A DNA stretch of 34,639 nucleotides from Octopus bimaculoides (GCF_001194135.2 NC_068985.1:95009779-95044417), one strand, 5' to 3'; counted from the stretch's first letter, positions 10,809-23,676 are shown. Notes: generated from the sequence alone by a model not told the origin. Translations and numbers: made by a program.

Positions 10809-11145
10809 AGGCGCAGGATTCATTCCGGGTACATTCCCACTGCGTGGCATCTTGGGCAAGTGTCTTCTACTATAGCCTCGGGCCGACCAAAGACTTGTGA
10901 GGGAATTTGGTAGACGCAANNNNNNNNNNNNNNNNNNNNNNNNNNNNNNNNNNNNNNNNNNNNNNNNNNNNNNNNNNNNNNNNNNNNNNNNNNNCCCCAA
11001 CTTCGCTTGACAACCAATGCTGGTGTGTTTGCATCCCCGTAATTAGCGATTCGACAAAATGGAACGATAGAATAAGTACTAGGCTTCCAAAGAATAAGTC
11101 CTGGGACGGCAGACAATTGACTGAAACAAGTAAAAGAGTAAAGAG
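10809..11145 (+). mobile_element. SINE family A, near full length: tRNA head with a deletion, CORE-like block, gap at the internal microsatellite, then the 3' half
   Basis: cccactgcgtggcatcttgggcaagtgtcttc (CORE-like ccttgggcaagt) lies before the gap. The family A 3' half follows directly after the 75-N gap, with an internal deletion around 11106. Confidence 0.88.
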
Positions 11146-12010
11146 ACTAATCACATATAAGATTGTGATAATAACTGATGAAACGAAAATTTGTGGATGG
11201 TATAAACGACATAATGCAACATAAAATGAATCCAGTTAAACGATATATCTGCTAAAGATAATACATTATTCTACACGATGAAAACAGACTCTAACCTCTG
11301 AACAATTTTATAATTTGGCTTTACTCTGCCATCTCAAAAACCCATGTCACCAAAATAAATGAGCTTTCTCCAGAATCCTAAGTATTTCTACGAATGGGTG
11401 TAGTATTTATAAATGTTTATAGCTTTTTCCTATTTATTTTATTCGTTTCTTTATAGCATTCTATATTTTACCTTAGTATTTTTTGCTCTCTACAATCATA
11501 ACATGATTCGTTTTATGGTTTGTTCTATATCCATCAAGAATGAAGCATCAAAAAAAAAAAAAATTGTATGAACCTGATATACCCTCTGTCTATGAATACT
11601 AACGGATTGCACTGTAATCATGCCAGGAATGCGGACTATGATCTTAACAATCATGCAAATTGTGTAAACGTGTGTAGCGATGCATTAAACAATTTATGAA
11701 TGCCATACAAGGGTTATATTTGTTATTATTATATTTAGCCAACATTATATTGACACACCTTGGTGCAACCCCCCAAAACCGCTATCACCACTTGGAATCA
11801 TTAGGCTCTAGCCAGCACAATAAAATGGAAGCATCTTTATGCATGTTCAAAATGTTTTCCGTAAAGTAACTTAAAATATATGTACGTATCTTAATGTTTA
11901 TTTTTGTTCAGTTATAAAACAGGTAATTTTACGTTTATCTGCTGAGTTACTCTTTAATTTTGTCGAGTTCACACTTATCATTCTTAACACGGATATTATT
12001 CACTGTGACT

Positions 12011-12157
12011 GTCTAGCTTCGCTCAGTTAAGCCATCGTCGGATTGCGGTGCATTGAAGTTAATATTGGATTATATAAACACTGATGAGACTATATAAAGT
12101 GAAGATGAACGTCAATACTCCGTAGTCCGACGATGGCATTACTGGCCGTAACTTCGA
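12011..12157. repeat. Imperfect palindrome (inverted duplication), with a perfect 12-bp core gccatcgtcgga/tccgacgatggc
   Basis: 12031-12042 is the exact reverse complement of 12126-12137. The arms continue inward with 13/18 matches, and more weakly outward. Confidence 0.75.
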
Positions 12158-12208
12158 AATCACTCTTAATTATGTTCTTGTTGACGAATATTTATATGTA
12201 TATATATA

Positions 12209-12420
12209 TGTATATAAATAAAATGAGACAACAAAACGAAGGTTATGCTGAATTTTCAGGATATTCACCAAGGGAAAGTTAGTTTTACAGCTGTTTCTGG
12301 GATATCAGGGATATCCCTAACACCCCAGAAAAAAACTGTAACACTAACTTTCTCTTTATAAATGTCCTGAAAATTCCACACAGCCTTGGCTTTGTTGTCG
12401 CATTTTATTTAACATATACA
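12209..12420. mobile_element. Palindromic MITE-like element, about 200 bp with ~90-bp arms, in a TA-rich site
   Basis: taaataaaatgagacaacaaa...gaattttcaggatatt...gaaagttagttttacagctgtttctggg pairs with cccagaaaaaaactgtaacactaactttc...aatgtcctgaaaattc...tttgttgtcgcattttattta. TA flanks are consistent with a Tc1/mariner-type target. Confidence 0.85.
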
Positions 12421-15400
12421 AGACAGTCATTAGGCTCCTTACTCGTATCATTATCGAACCGAGAGTTTAATAGCGGACCTGCCATAGAACATACATAGCG
12501 TTACCTGTCACCTTGAGTCTTCTAGATACCAGTTCCTCACACACACACACAAACACACACACACACACANNNNNNNNNNNNNNNNNNNNNNNNNNNNNNN
12601 NNNNNNNNNNNNNNNNNNNNNNNNNNNNNNNNNNNNNNNNNNNNNNNNNNNNNNNNNNNNNNNNNNNNNNNNNNNNNNNNNNNNNNNNNNNNNNNNNNNN
12701 NNNNNNNNNNNNNNNNNNNNNNNNNNNNNNNNNNNNNNNNNNNNNNNNNNNNNNNNNNNNNNNNNNNNNNNNNNNNNNNNNNNNNNNNNNNNNNNNNNNN
12801 NNNNNNNNNNNNNNNNNNNNNNNNNNNNNNNNNNNNNNNNNNNNNNNNNNNNNNNNNNNNNNNNNNNNNNNNNNNNNNNNNNNNNNNNNNNNNNNNNNNN
12901 NNNNNNNNNNNNNNNNNNNNNNNNNNNNNNNNNNNNNNNNNNNNNNNNNNNNNNNNNAAAGCGTCTTTTCTTGTCATAATTATAACCAATATAAGATATT
13001 ATATCTTACCTAATACAGTCACTACCTGCATATCAAAACAAAAGAGAAATAAATTTTAAGTCGTTTTCAGCTGAAATTTGTTTTAAGAACCTGGAATATA
13101 CGACCGACAACAGTTAGCAAATAATGAAAATTTCTTGACGTAAATATTTTTTTTAATCACTAATATTATCTTAACAGAGAAATAAATTATATAAAAACAT
13201 TCCTAAATTCATTAAATTAAAAATAGTTTTGTATATTTACATTTGATACTGCTAGGTCTATTATCAGATTACGTTTTGTGGATAAGGATTTTAAAAATTA
13301 ACGACCACTTGACATAGAGCAATGCTAGAGGTGTAGATTCTAGATATTGACACAAAATATTATTTTCATGTTACCCCAGTGTAAGTCTTCATTTCCTATG
13401 CGTAATATTGTACTCAATATTTTAGAGCGCTGTTACAAGATTTGCTGCAGTGAATGTCATATAAGGATAATATATACCACCCCATCATCTCATGTGTAGT
13501 GATTGTTCTTGTAACTTAACAAATTATGACTTGAATATAATTGAAGTGTCCCGATGCGTCGAAATATCAGTTCATAACATTTATTCAACATAATCAAGTT
13601 TATGTGGATAAAATAAGTCATATGCAACGGTAGGGATAAAGAAAACGCTAAATTAGCATCAGGGAATTCCATCATTAAATACGTCACTTATTAAAAAATA
13701 CGAATACGTATATATATATATATATATATATNNNNNNNNNNNNNNNNNNNNNNNNNNNNNNNNNNNNNNNNNNNNNNNNNNNNNNNNNNNNNNNNNNNNN
13801 NNNNNNNNNNNNNNNNNNNNNNNNNNNNNNNNNNNNNNNNNNNNNNNNNNNNNNNNNNNNNNNNNNNNNNNNNNNNNNNNNNNNNNNNNNNNNNNNNNNN
13901 NNNNNNNNNNNNNNNNNNNNNNNNNNNNNNNNNNNNNNNNNNNNNNNNNNNNNNNNNNNNNNNNNNNNNNNNNNNNNNNNNNNNNNNNNNNNNNNNNNNN
14001 NNNNNNNNNNNNNNNNNNNNNNNNNNNNNNNNNNNNNNNNNNNNNNNNNNNNNNNNNNNNNNNNNNNNNNNNNNNNNNNNNNNNNNNNNNNNNNNNNNNN
14101 NNNNNNNNNNNNNNNNNNNNNNNNNNNNNNNNNNNNNNNNNNNNNNNNNNNNNNNNNNNNNNNNNNNNNNNNNNNNNNNNNNNNNNNNNNNNNNNNNNNN
14201 NNNNNNNNNNNNNNNNNNNNNNNNNNNNNNNNNNNNNNNNNNNNNNNNNNNNNNNNNNNNNNNNNNNNNNNNNNNNNNNNNNNNNNNNNNNNNNNNNNNN
14301 NNNNNNNNNNNNNNNNNNNNNNNNNNNNNNNNNNNNNNNNNNNNNNNNNNNNNNNNNNNNNNNNNNNNNNNNNNNNNNNNNNNNNNNNNNNNNNNNNNNN
14401 NNNNNNNNNNNNNNNNNNNNNNNNNNNNNNNNNNNNNNNNNNNNNNNNNNNNNNNNNNNNNNNNNNNNNNNNNNNNNNNNNNNNNNNNNNNNNNNNNNNN
14501 NNNNNNNNNNNNNNNNNNNNNNNNNNNNNNNNNNNNNNNNNNNNNNNNNNNNNNNNNNNNNNNNNNNNNNNNNNNNNNNNNNNNNNNNNNNNNNNNNNNN
14601 NNNNNCATATACGTGAATATATATGATGAAAGTTAAGAGACCGAAACTATCAGTTAATATTTATTTACTATAGAAAAACGTAGTAACTAGTCCTTCAGTT
14701 TATTGTTTAATTGTTTCTAATATAAAACTCGATATAAAAACGAACATTAATGTATATGTGTTTGTGTGTGTATGTATGTATGTAAGTTTTACAAAAGAAA
14801 TCTTCACTTTCAATTTAATATTCACAAATAGTGTTCGATAAAGTAATATTAAAAATAAATTTTGCTGACAATCATATACAACAGAAATGCCTCGCAACAT
14901 GTTTTGAGGGACTCCGTTGAATCTTGGTGATTGATTGCCGGTAAAATGAGAGTCCTATTTTCGTGTACATTGCAATGATTCTTAGTTTTCAAAGAAGATG
15001 TTTTCAAACGATAATCTGAATGAATACATGGGGTTCTTAGAAAAGTACATATTGAAAAAAATATGAATGACAGCAATTGAATATAACTTACCAAATTTTT
15101 AAAATATTTTTTTTTATAAACATAACATTTAAAATACATTCTGTAAATTTGTAAAACGCATTTACGATAAACAAAAAAATAATTTTATAAAGGAAATAAC
15201 AGTTTTTCATTTTTTTAAGGAACAAAGTGCCACTATATTCGTTTTGGTTTCGGAAAAAAACATTTAGAATCTATCATTTTTACATTGATTTTATTTGACG
15301 ATTAGTAATTTTAAGACTAGCTTTACACTTCTGAAGCTGATATCAGTAGTCAGCTTTAAACCTTGAGTCATGAAGCGACTGAACTTTGTTTTAATATGAA

Positions 15401-17844
15401 TGAGATGACTGTCGAATCGAAATTTATATTTCATATATGAACGATGCAAGCATATTATACATCGCTGCTTATTCTTAATTTCATTTGCTGATCTTTGGGC
15501 GATATAAGTCTATAAAATGAAATCATAATGAAGAATATTTGAATGGAAAAAAAGACATGCTTTCATATGTTAAATAATTATGAGAAATAACTTGTAAAAT
15601 AAATTCAGGTAAAATAAAAGTTCATGTTCAAAACACATATATAACAGTTGTAAGATTCCATATGTTTTGAATAAAAATTTGAAAGACGCATGCATATGAT
15701 AAACACACCATATACTTTCTGACATAAACAGCGAGCACCTTTGGAATTATAGAAAAAAGTTGTCGGTTTGAAATCACTTGATTCAAATTATTAAAGAAGG
15801 AATTAAGTGGCACACATAGATATTACGTTCAGAATAGTAGGTGAGATTATACTCAACAAAGTATTATTGTTTTATTTCAGAATATTTTCATCTGTTGTTG
15901 GAAGAACCAGTACAAACCAGTACATATATACGCACACGTAAAAACGCATATATCTATATACACACACGCATACATGCACACACATACAAATATGAATATT
16001 TTGTTTTTCGCTCTTTTTCAATGAAAATTTATTATTAATATACATATAAAACACACAGGCAATACATATGTGTATACATTTTCGTTAAGACAGTTTCAAT
16101 ACAATTATTATCCTAAATGGAAAAGTAATTCATGACAAAGTAGATGGTATATTCATTGAAATATTATGTCTCGAACATGATGTTCTATTCAATTTTCAAG
16201 AACATACCATTATTTCAAAAGAAACAGAATTTTACTTTTTCCCATATAAATTCAGTATACAAATTAAATGCTTCCCATTCATAGATGCAATAGTTGAATC
16301 TGACCTCATTTTCCAAAATGTCCGCACAATATATTCAAATAACCAATTGTATATCTTCAGGTATTTACAGTTTGTGGCTCAATTAATCAACAGAAAATAT
16401 TAAGAAATCGCAGTAGATAGAATATTAAATGGAAAAAGTATATTGTATTAATGTATCTGCTTCTGTAAATATGTATTCGTAGATTATGTAACATTGTGTC
16501 GTTTGTAAATAACTATTCATTTTAATTTATTTTACATTAATATTACTTTTAGCTGTTTTTAGTGAATGAAATAAAAATGAAACATTATGTTGTTACGAAG
16601 AGCCTGAATGGCTAAAAACGAAATGATTGTAAGAATTATTTCATTTAGCAATCATCCATGAAAAATATTTTTTGTATGAGCATCGTTTTACATATAGAGC
16701 GTGGTAAAAACAAGATGGCCAGAATTTCATTGCATATCATCTAAGCTGTTCACAAGAAAGTATTTTATGAAATCATTTTAACGATCATCGATAATACTAG
16801 TCAGAAAATGTTTCGTTTCGCAGCAATTGGAGAAAATGCTTATTAAATTACTTAAATCAAACATGTTGATAATGTTCATATCTCGTCTTTACTGTACCAA
16901 TACTTCTAAAGCATCAATAATCATTCGATTAAAATATTAAACTTGGAATCCTTCTTTTCTTACATTTCACTTCTGATGAGATCTGCTGACATCTCGGTTC
17001 ATCTAACACTGCAATTTGTTCTGTATTTCTAACTATCAAACTGCATTATTGATATTTTAAAACAGTACGTTTTAAATGTGTAAACTCTGACTAAATATAT
17101 CCTAGAGGTGCCATTTCATGTTGTTTCTGGGACTTCTGTTTGCAACTTTCTAAATGTATCAATGCATTTTTTTTTCATTTTCGAGAGCGAAATAGAATAC
17201 AATGAATAGAAAGGGAGATGCCTTTTCATTACAGAGTCGTCAGTGGAACTTTCAAAACCATTGTTGCTTACTTATTTCTTCCTATAAATATGTTGTTTCG
17301 TAGAGACTGTATCCTATAAATTTTATTGAAAAACAATCAATTCCTGCACACTTCAAATTATCTTTTCTTTTCATAATGAAGAGAAAATTGATTTGATTTT
17401 GTTCATTGTACTTAAAGGAGAATTTAAAACCAATAAAAATATTTCAAAATGTTATGGAATACACATTTCATAATTTATTTTTACAAGAAAAATTCATTTC
17501 ATATATTGTAAAACAATGCGTGGCTTGTATGTTCGAATGGACGTTAAATATTGTCATTGTTCAATATTCTTCTGAGGAAAACCAACCTTTCAGTCAAATT
17601 TTATTAAGAGGGTGTGTGTCATTTTTAAGCCATGCTATCACTTTGAAAATCTGGTTGCTGATGTCAAATTGTATTGATCCTCGCTTTACGGCAATACACT
17701 CTGCGCGAAATATTCAACAATGACATTAACATCCTGAAAAGATATACAAGCAGCAAAATCTGTTTCATGATCTCAATTCCTAAATAACATTGCGTAGGAA
17801 GTGCAAATTTGTTCTAAAATATGGTGTGAATAGTGTCAGCATAC

Positions 17845-17940
17845 ACCTCATCCTCACCATCGTAATCGCCCTCCTTTTCTTCTTTATCATCATCAACACC
17901 ACTACAACATGCATCAATATAATTGTCATCGTCATGAATA
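17845..17940. repeat. Degenerate (ATC/ACC)n low-complexity tract
   Basis: Read directly from the sequence. Confidence 0.6.
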
Positions 17941-18794
17941 TCAAATTAATAATATATCAATTGGTGTGAATTTCACTCAATGCTAAGTTATAAAAGACTA
18001 AACTTGAAAGACCGACGACACCATCATTATATGAATCTTTATGGTTAATATCATTATCTTGATTTTCTTCCTCCTTTTCATCATAAGATTAGTATCATAC
18101 TCCTCCTTGATGTTGTCGTTTAGTCATCTAGTTATCTTTTTCATCACCAATATCATATAAGTTATAACACTCTTATATACAGGAAGTTAAATTTACAACC
18201 AAAAGTGAAATCAATTACGTTACATTAACTACCGCCAACAATGTTGTTTCATTAAGATCAGGTTAACAAAAGACCAAAAGACATATATTGTGTTTAAAAG
18301 TATTCTAACCTGAAGAACAGTATGTCTTTTCAATATCACATACACTTAGAGATCCAATGAATATATCTTTTGAGGTTTGCATGTGAACATGTATTCGACA
18401 GCTACTGTTGTGAATGGAGATCACACGATCGTGCACGCACACACAAGCAAAATACACATTTATATTTATATACACACGAGGAACAGTCTTTGTTTCGTTC
18501 ATGTTTAAACGCATGTGCAAGTTTTATTCTTATATTTTAAAACTTTTCGTTAGTTGGTTGGGAATAATACAGTTGGTAAATATATTTGGCATCAGTATTG
18601 TTTCTTAAATTCTAGTTACATTCAAGTGACGTATTTTTTCCCGCCAAATAATTATGAGAGTTAGTTCCATGTATCAGAAATAATGTGTTTACTCTGAGAT
18701 TTACGCTGTCTTAATGACAGTAGCTATGTTTTAATTATTTTGACGAGTTTGCATAACTTCTATTTTTGGCATGGTATTGCGATTTGAATATCGT

Positions 18795-19065
18795 GTACAC
18801 CCATATATTTAGGTATGTACGTGTACGAACATACATACATGTATATGTATGTGTATATATATATACATACATGTATATGTATATATNNNNNNNNNNNNNN
18901 NNNNNNNNNNNNNNNNNNNNNNNNNNNNNNNNNNNNNNNNNNNNNNNNNNNNNNNNNNNNNNNNNNNNNNNNNNNNNNNNNNNNNNNNNNNNNNNNNNNN
19001 NNNNNNNNNNNNNNNNNNNNNNNNNNNNNNNNNNNNNNNNNNNNNNNNNNNNNNNNNNNNNNNNN

Positions 19066-19098
<33 letters not shown>

Positions 19099-19115
19099 TA
19101 TATGCATGTACGCAT
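18795..19115. repeat. (AT)/(GTAT) microsatellite spanning a gap
   Basis: Read directly from the sequence. N-gap at 18887-19065. Confidence 0.9.
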
Positions 19116-19244
19116 ATTAACGAGTAACTGCATTTCTGCATCTACCAATGAAACAATCTACAATTACCGTGAGTAGTTCTTAAGCTAATGTTAAATTGTT
19201 TTATACACTTCACCACATAAAGTACACATCAATATACAGATACG

Positions 19245-19316
19245 CACACGGACACACACACACATACACACACACTCACACACACACTCACACACACGCA
19301 AACACACACACACATA
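19245..19316. repeat. (CA)n microsatellite
   Basis: Read directly from the sequence. Confidence 0.95.
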
Positions 19317-19367
19317 TGAGTATATCTATTTTCATTTGTCTGTGTTTGTGTTTATGTAGACACATAT

Positions 19368-19578
19368 TCTTTTCCACTTTCGGTACAAGGCCCGAAAGTG
19401 TTCGGGAGGGGGCTAGTCGATTAAATCGATCCCAGTACGCAACTGTTACTTAATTTATCGACCCGGAAAAGATGAAAGGCAAAGTCAATCTCGGCGGAAT
19501 TTCAACTCAGAACCTAAAGGCAGACGTAATGCTTCTAAGCGTTTCGCCCGGCGTGCTAACGTTTCTGCCAGCTGTCCG
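19368..19578 (-). mobile_element. SINE family B, full length
   Basis: The reverse complement begins cggacagctggcagaaacgttagcacgccgggcgaaacgcttag... and contains ttgactttgcctttcatcttttccgggtcgataaattaagtaacag...ctgggatcgatttaatcgact. Confidence 0.92.
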
Positions 19579-21704
19579 TTTTCATGTCGTTATATTGAAG
19601 CATAGATTGTGGCATGATTACAATTTTCTTTCATATTTGTGTAATATCTTAAGTATTTGTAATTGGATATAAATAACGCCATGCATCGATAGGGTGATAA
19701 TTGCAAGTATAAGAAGTTGTAGATTCGTATAGATATATATTTTACATGAATATCATTGATTATGCTATTTCGTAAACTATATAACATTTATCTAACTAAG
19801 ACAATAGTGATTCTCTCTAATGTTCCGCATTGCTTCAAGTGCTTTTATGTGCGGCTGAAATACATTTAACGTGAGTGGTGATCGTTAGTATAAAATGAAA
19901 TGTAGCGATACAGTAATTTTCTCATTATTGTTTACCAGAAGTCAAATGACGAGGAGAATGAACATTTCTAAAGCAATAATAATTATGGGTTAGTAACAAA
20001 TTATTTTCACGGTCATCAGCATATATGTGATTAGTTGGAAACAAAAAAAGATTACAAAGATTACATAAAACATTGAATGAGCATTTCTCATTTCTATGAT
20101 ATCATGACAAATTTGTAGGGTATGAACATTTTCCAAATGCGTACACCCCTTAAGATTGTGCCGATATTATATGCTGTATTTCGACAATGAGCGGAAGCTT
20201 TGAAAACTTTGGAGTCATTTGATACGCGTCATTTTACTCAGCTGTCAACTACTTAAATGTTTGTTTAATTTCACCAATCCAGTTTCATCCTTTCATGTTG
20301 CAATCTCTAATGATTGTTACATCCCATTATGTTGTAAAGGTAAAAGATAATGATTTCATATATACGTGTCAAAATGTACGCTTTTCAGGGAATTACTGTA
20401 TGGTTAACATCTTGACATCCGACGCATTCATCCGATAGTGAACAGATGTGTCAATTTCGTCGATGTGTATGCACGCACACATTAGATAATATAATTTTAG
20501 CCAAAAGTTGGTGAGTTGTGATGTTGTCCACCTAACCGCAAAATACGCCAGGGTCACACCGTAAACATTTGTGGGAAGTAGGACATCTATACACATCAGC
20601 CTCAAAGGGAGTGACTTATAATATAAGGGATTTAACGTTCTTGGTTATATATTTTGTATTTATCAGAGATACGTACAAACATATAGACAAATTGAAAAAT
20701 TAATAGACATATATATTACAATCTGCCATTCACTTGTAATCCTAGAGAAACATTATCTGTATGGAATTCCAACCATACCTTAAAGGTATATTCAATGCGA
20801 ATTTATATTGCGTTATAATCCTTTAGACAATCTGAGACAACCTGTAACACTGAGACAAAGTATACATCCCTAGCACTCTGCGCTTTAATAGTAAGAATAG
20901 GCCCACCGAAAAATGAATTTTAACTACCTGTATTTTATTAACAAACATTAATACGGTAAGAATTTAGACGTTAGTTACCACTAATTGGATTTATTTAACG
21001 ATAAGTTTCTAAACTTTACAGACAGTTATAAAGAAGCTTAATACCTATGGTAATGTCTTAATACCTAACTTAACAATATTAACTGTGGCTGACTACACAT
21101 GCAGCAATATCGTTGCACTTCGTATACAATATATGAAACAAAGTGGAATGGATAACATATGAAACAGGAATCAATTAATGTAAATGGAGCACCAACAGGG
21201 ATTTAAAATTCTGCATTGGACCGGTGGATATTAGATATCTTCAAAAGTAAAATATTTTTTAGAAAATACTAACATTGACAAAGAGATATTTAGATGAAGA
21301 GAAGTATGAAAGTTCAATTCACCCCGTATATTAACGTGACAAAACTATAATATAAGGGCAACTGAGAACATGGTTGCACATTAAAGAAATTCAATTATAC
21401 TATGAATTATTGATGTATGAGATTTGAATTTCTCACTACATGTGTTTGTAACCGACGAATGTTTCGAATTATGTACTAATACCAGATAAATTAATCGAAT
21501 ATAGAAAGAAATATCACATAGATTCATTATATTATTAATTTTACGGCTTCTTTTTAATATATATTTTGCTCACAATATTTTATTCCAACCCCAAAATTAT
21601 TACGTTTTTTCATACTTTCACTTCTATTAGTAATCTATCTTAGAATGACATTTAAAGAAAGCGAAATTTTGCAATATTTGTTTTATTCCTTTAGTTTTAC
21701 AGGT

Positions 21705-22460
21705 TTACAATTTTGTTGCCGTCAAAGTATTCTCCATTTGAAGCAATGCGTTGGTCCAGTTGCGTTTAACACTATTGAAAACAGTGCTGGAACTCTTGTG
21801 AAATAATGCCTTTTAACGCCTTCGTCATTTTCTTCTTCACCTCTTCTACATCAGCAAATTCCGCAGTACCAGTTTTCGTCACTAGCGATGAGCTTCCAAA
21901 AGAGGTCGGGAACAAGTCCCAACTGTTCTTTCAATACACGACGCGCATTCAGTCATGACTAATTTTTATCTTCCGTGAACAAGCGAGGTGCACATTTTGA
22001 GTAACTCTTTCATTCGCTATTCCTCGCATAACATTCGTTGGTAGGAATTCCAGGGCACGCCAGTCATATCAGCAAATTCGTCAATTGTTTGATGACGACG
22101 CTTTCCACGATGTTTTCATTCGCTCGGGAGGTTGACGGTCGTCCTGAATGAGATTGGTCTTCATGCGACAAGTGACCAATCCTAAAATGTGGAAACCATT
22201 TGTAGGCCTGTGTTTGGTTCATGGCATCGTCCTTGTAAGCTATTTGAAGCATGACAATTCAATTGTTTCGGCCGCCGGTAGCCCAGCGAAAAATGGAATT
22301 TCACGGAAGCGCTTTGTTCCTTCGTTTGAGCCTTCGCGAAAATCGACGAGCAGGGGAGAAGCACTGTAAAATAAAGACGCACCACATGGCAGTACGAGTG
22401 CCGTGGACGCTGTCCATGTATCTGTAGTATAGCGTGTAGCGTGGAACAGAGAAGAAAACA
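21705..22460 (-). mobile_element. Mariner (Tc1/mariner, DD34D-type) transposon remnant, internally deleted
   Basis: HTH region MLQIAYKDDAMNQTQAYKWF..SGRPSTSR, then TIDEFADMTGV..., LKEQL..PDLFWKLIASDENW (first catalytic D). It then jumps (~21863) to the C-terminus EFADVEEVKKK...DQRIASNGEYFDG. TIRs could not be read with confidence, so the ends are approximate. Confidence 0.9.
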
Positions 22461-22550
22461 ACGAGGAAAATTTTAGAAAAATATGAATTCAAACGAACTT
22501 TATGGAGGTTGACACACATATTATATACACAAACTTACACGCACGCGCAA

Positions 22551-22587
<37 letters not shown>

Positions 22588-22606
22588 AACACACACGCAC
22601 ACACAT
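22551..22606. repeat. (CA)n microsatellite
   Basis: Read directly from the sequence. Confidence 0.95.
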
Positions 22607-23552
22607 CAAAATAATCACGTAAATAAGAAATATTCTTGGATATTACTAGCCAATTGTTGTGATTTAAATTTTTTAAGAGATTCCTTATAAAGTTTTTTTA
22701 TATAAGCGAGTACGAAAATGTGTTCAAAATTTTTTTTTTGGTAAATTTATTAGGCTATTTCTTTACAAGTATAATCGAAACCAATTAATCAATAGTTTCT
22801 AAGATTATATGAAGATTATTAAAGTCAAACGATTTTGCATTTTCTTTAATTCTTTTTTAGAGTTTGTTTCTCTGCTCTCAGCCATTAAAATTGTTTTCTA
22901 TGAATGCGAGTACGGATGGCGAAATAGTTCTGTGTTAGTAGTTTAATATTCCCCACCATTCTACTTATACTCGAAGAAATATTTTCCTTCGTATCTTATC
23001 GATGAATCGCTGGCGAGTAAAATTTAACAGCTTAATGTTGTTTTTGAAGACAGTGAAGTGGACCTTATTTTCTCGAGTCAACAGTCACCCGAATGAACAT
23101 AATCTCCTATCTTTCCAGTGTTTCAGTCTTCTTTGCTTTTTTGCAGAAACCATTGTTTCACTAGAGATCTTGCTAGGTCTCCGATCCAAATTTTATTTCC
23201 CCATTATCCAATCACATGAACGATTCTTTTATCTTTGAATTAACGATGGCAAGAATGACATAATATAAGACAGGGAGCGAAATCTTAAGCTCTTACATAA
23301 CTGAACGGTCTGTATAATAACAGCTTCACTCCAAACTCTTGGATTATGTTCTGTTTAATAAGAGAAATGTTTCCCAAAATAAAATAGAAACACTAGTAAT
23401 ACAACATCTCGTATTTGGGTTCGTATATCGGCATCTCCTTAAATTAACCTACTTAATCATACAGTGCTAAATAATTCTAAATATATTTATGTCATTTGCA
23501 GATTCCAACAAATATCACTATTCATTCATATTTAATTTATATATATATACAT

Positions 23553-23554
23553 CC

Positions 23555-23602
<48 letters not shown>

Positions 23603-23640
23603 GTCTGTCTGTCTGTGTGTCTGTCTGCCTGTCTGTCTGC

Positions 23641-23676
<36 letters not shown>

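Noticed and set aside
12081-12113. Perfect CTGATGA followed by GAC..GT-GAA at the centre of the 12-kb palindrome
   Set aside because: Stem II is not closed, there is no GAAA, and no stem I pairs with the downstream sequence.
14620-14655. atgatgaaagttaagagaccgaaactatc, hammerhead-like
   Set aside because: C3 is missing, stem II does not pair and there is no stem I. It may be a decayed pLTR but this cannot be supported.
16973-17005. CTGATGA followed by a GAGAT/ATCTC hairpin
   Set aside because: There is no GAAA after the hairpin and no NUH/stem I. A 7-mer match like this is expected by chance in 35 kb.
17406-17723. 105-aa ORF and other short AT-rich ORFs (e.g. 3911-4126, 14849-15139, 23002-23238, 32740-33052)
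   Set aside because: No recognisable domain, biased low-complexity composition, and lengths expected by chance.
20530-20900. Possible Helitron-type ends
   Set aside because: No intact subterminal hairpin plus CTRR end, and no Rep/helicase motif was found.
23240-23295. Other faint hammerhead-like remnants here and at 30920-30975 and 32458-32497
   Set aside because: Each has two or more core defects and no consistent stems.
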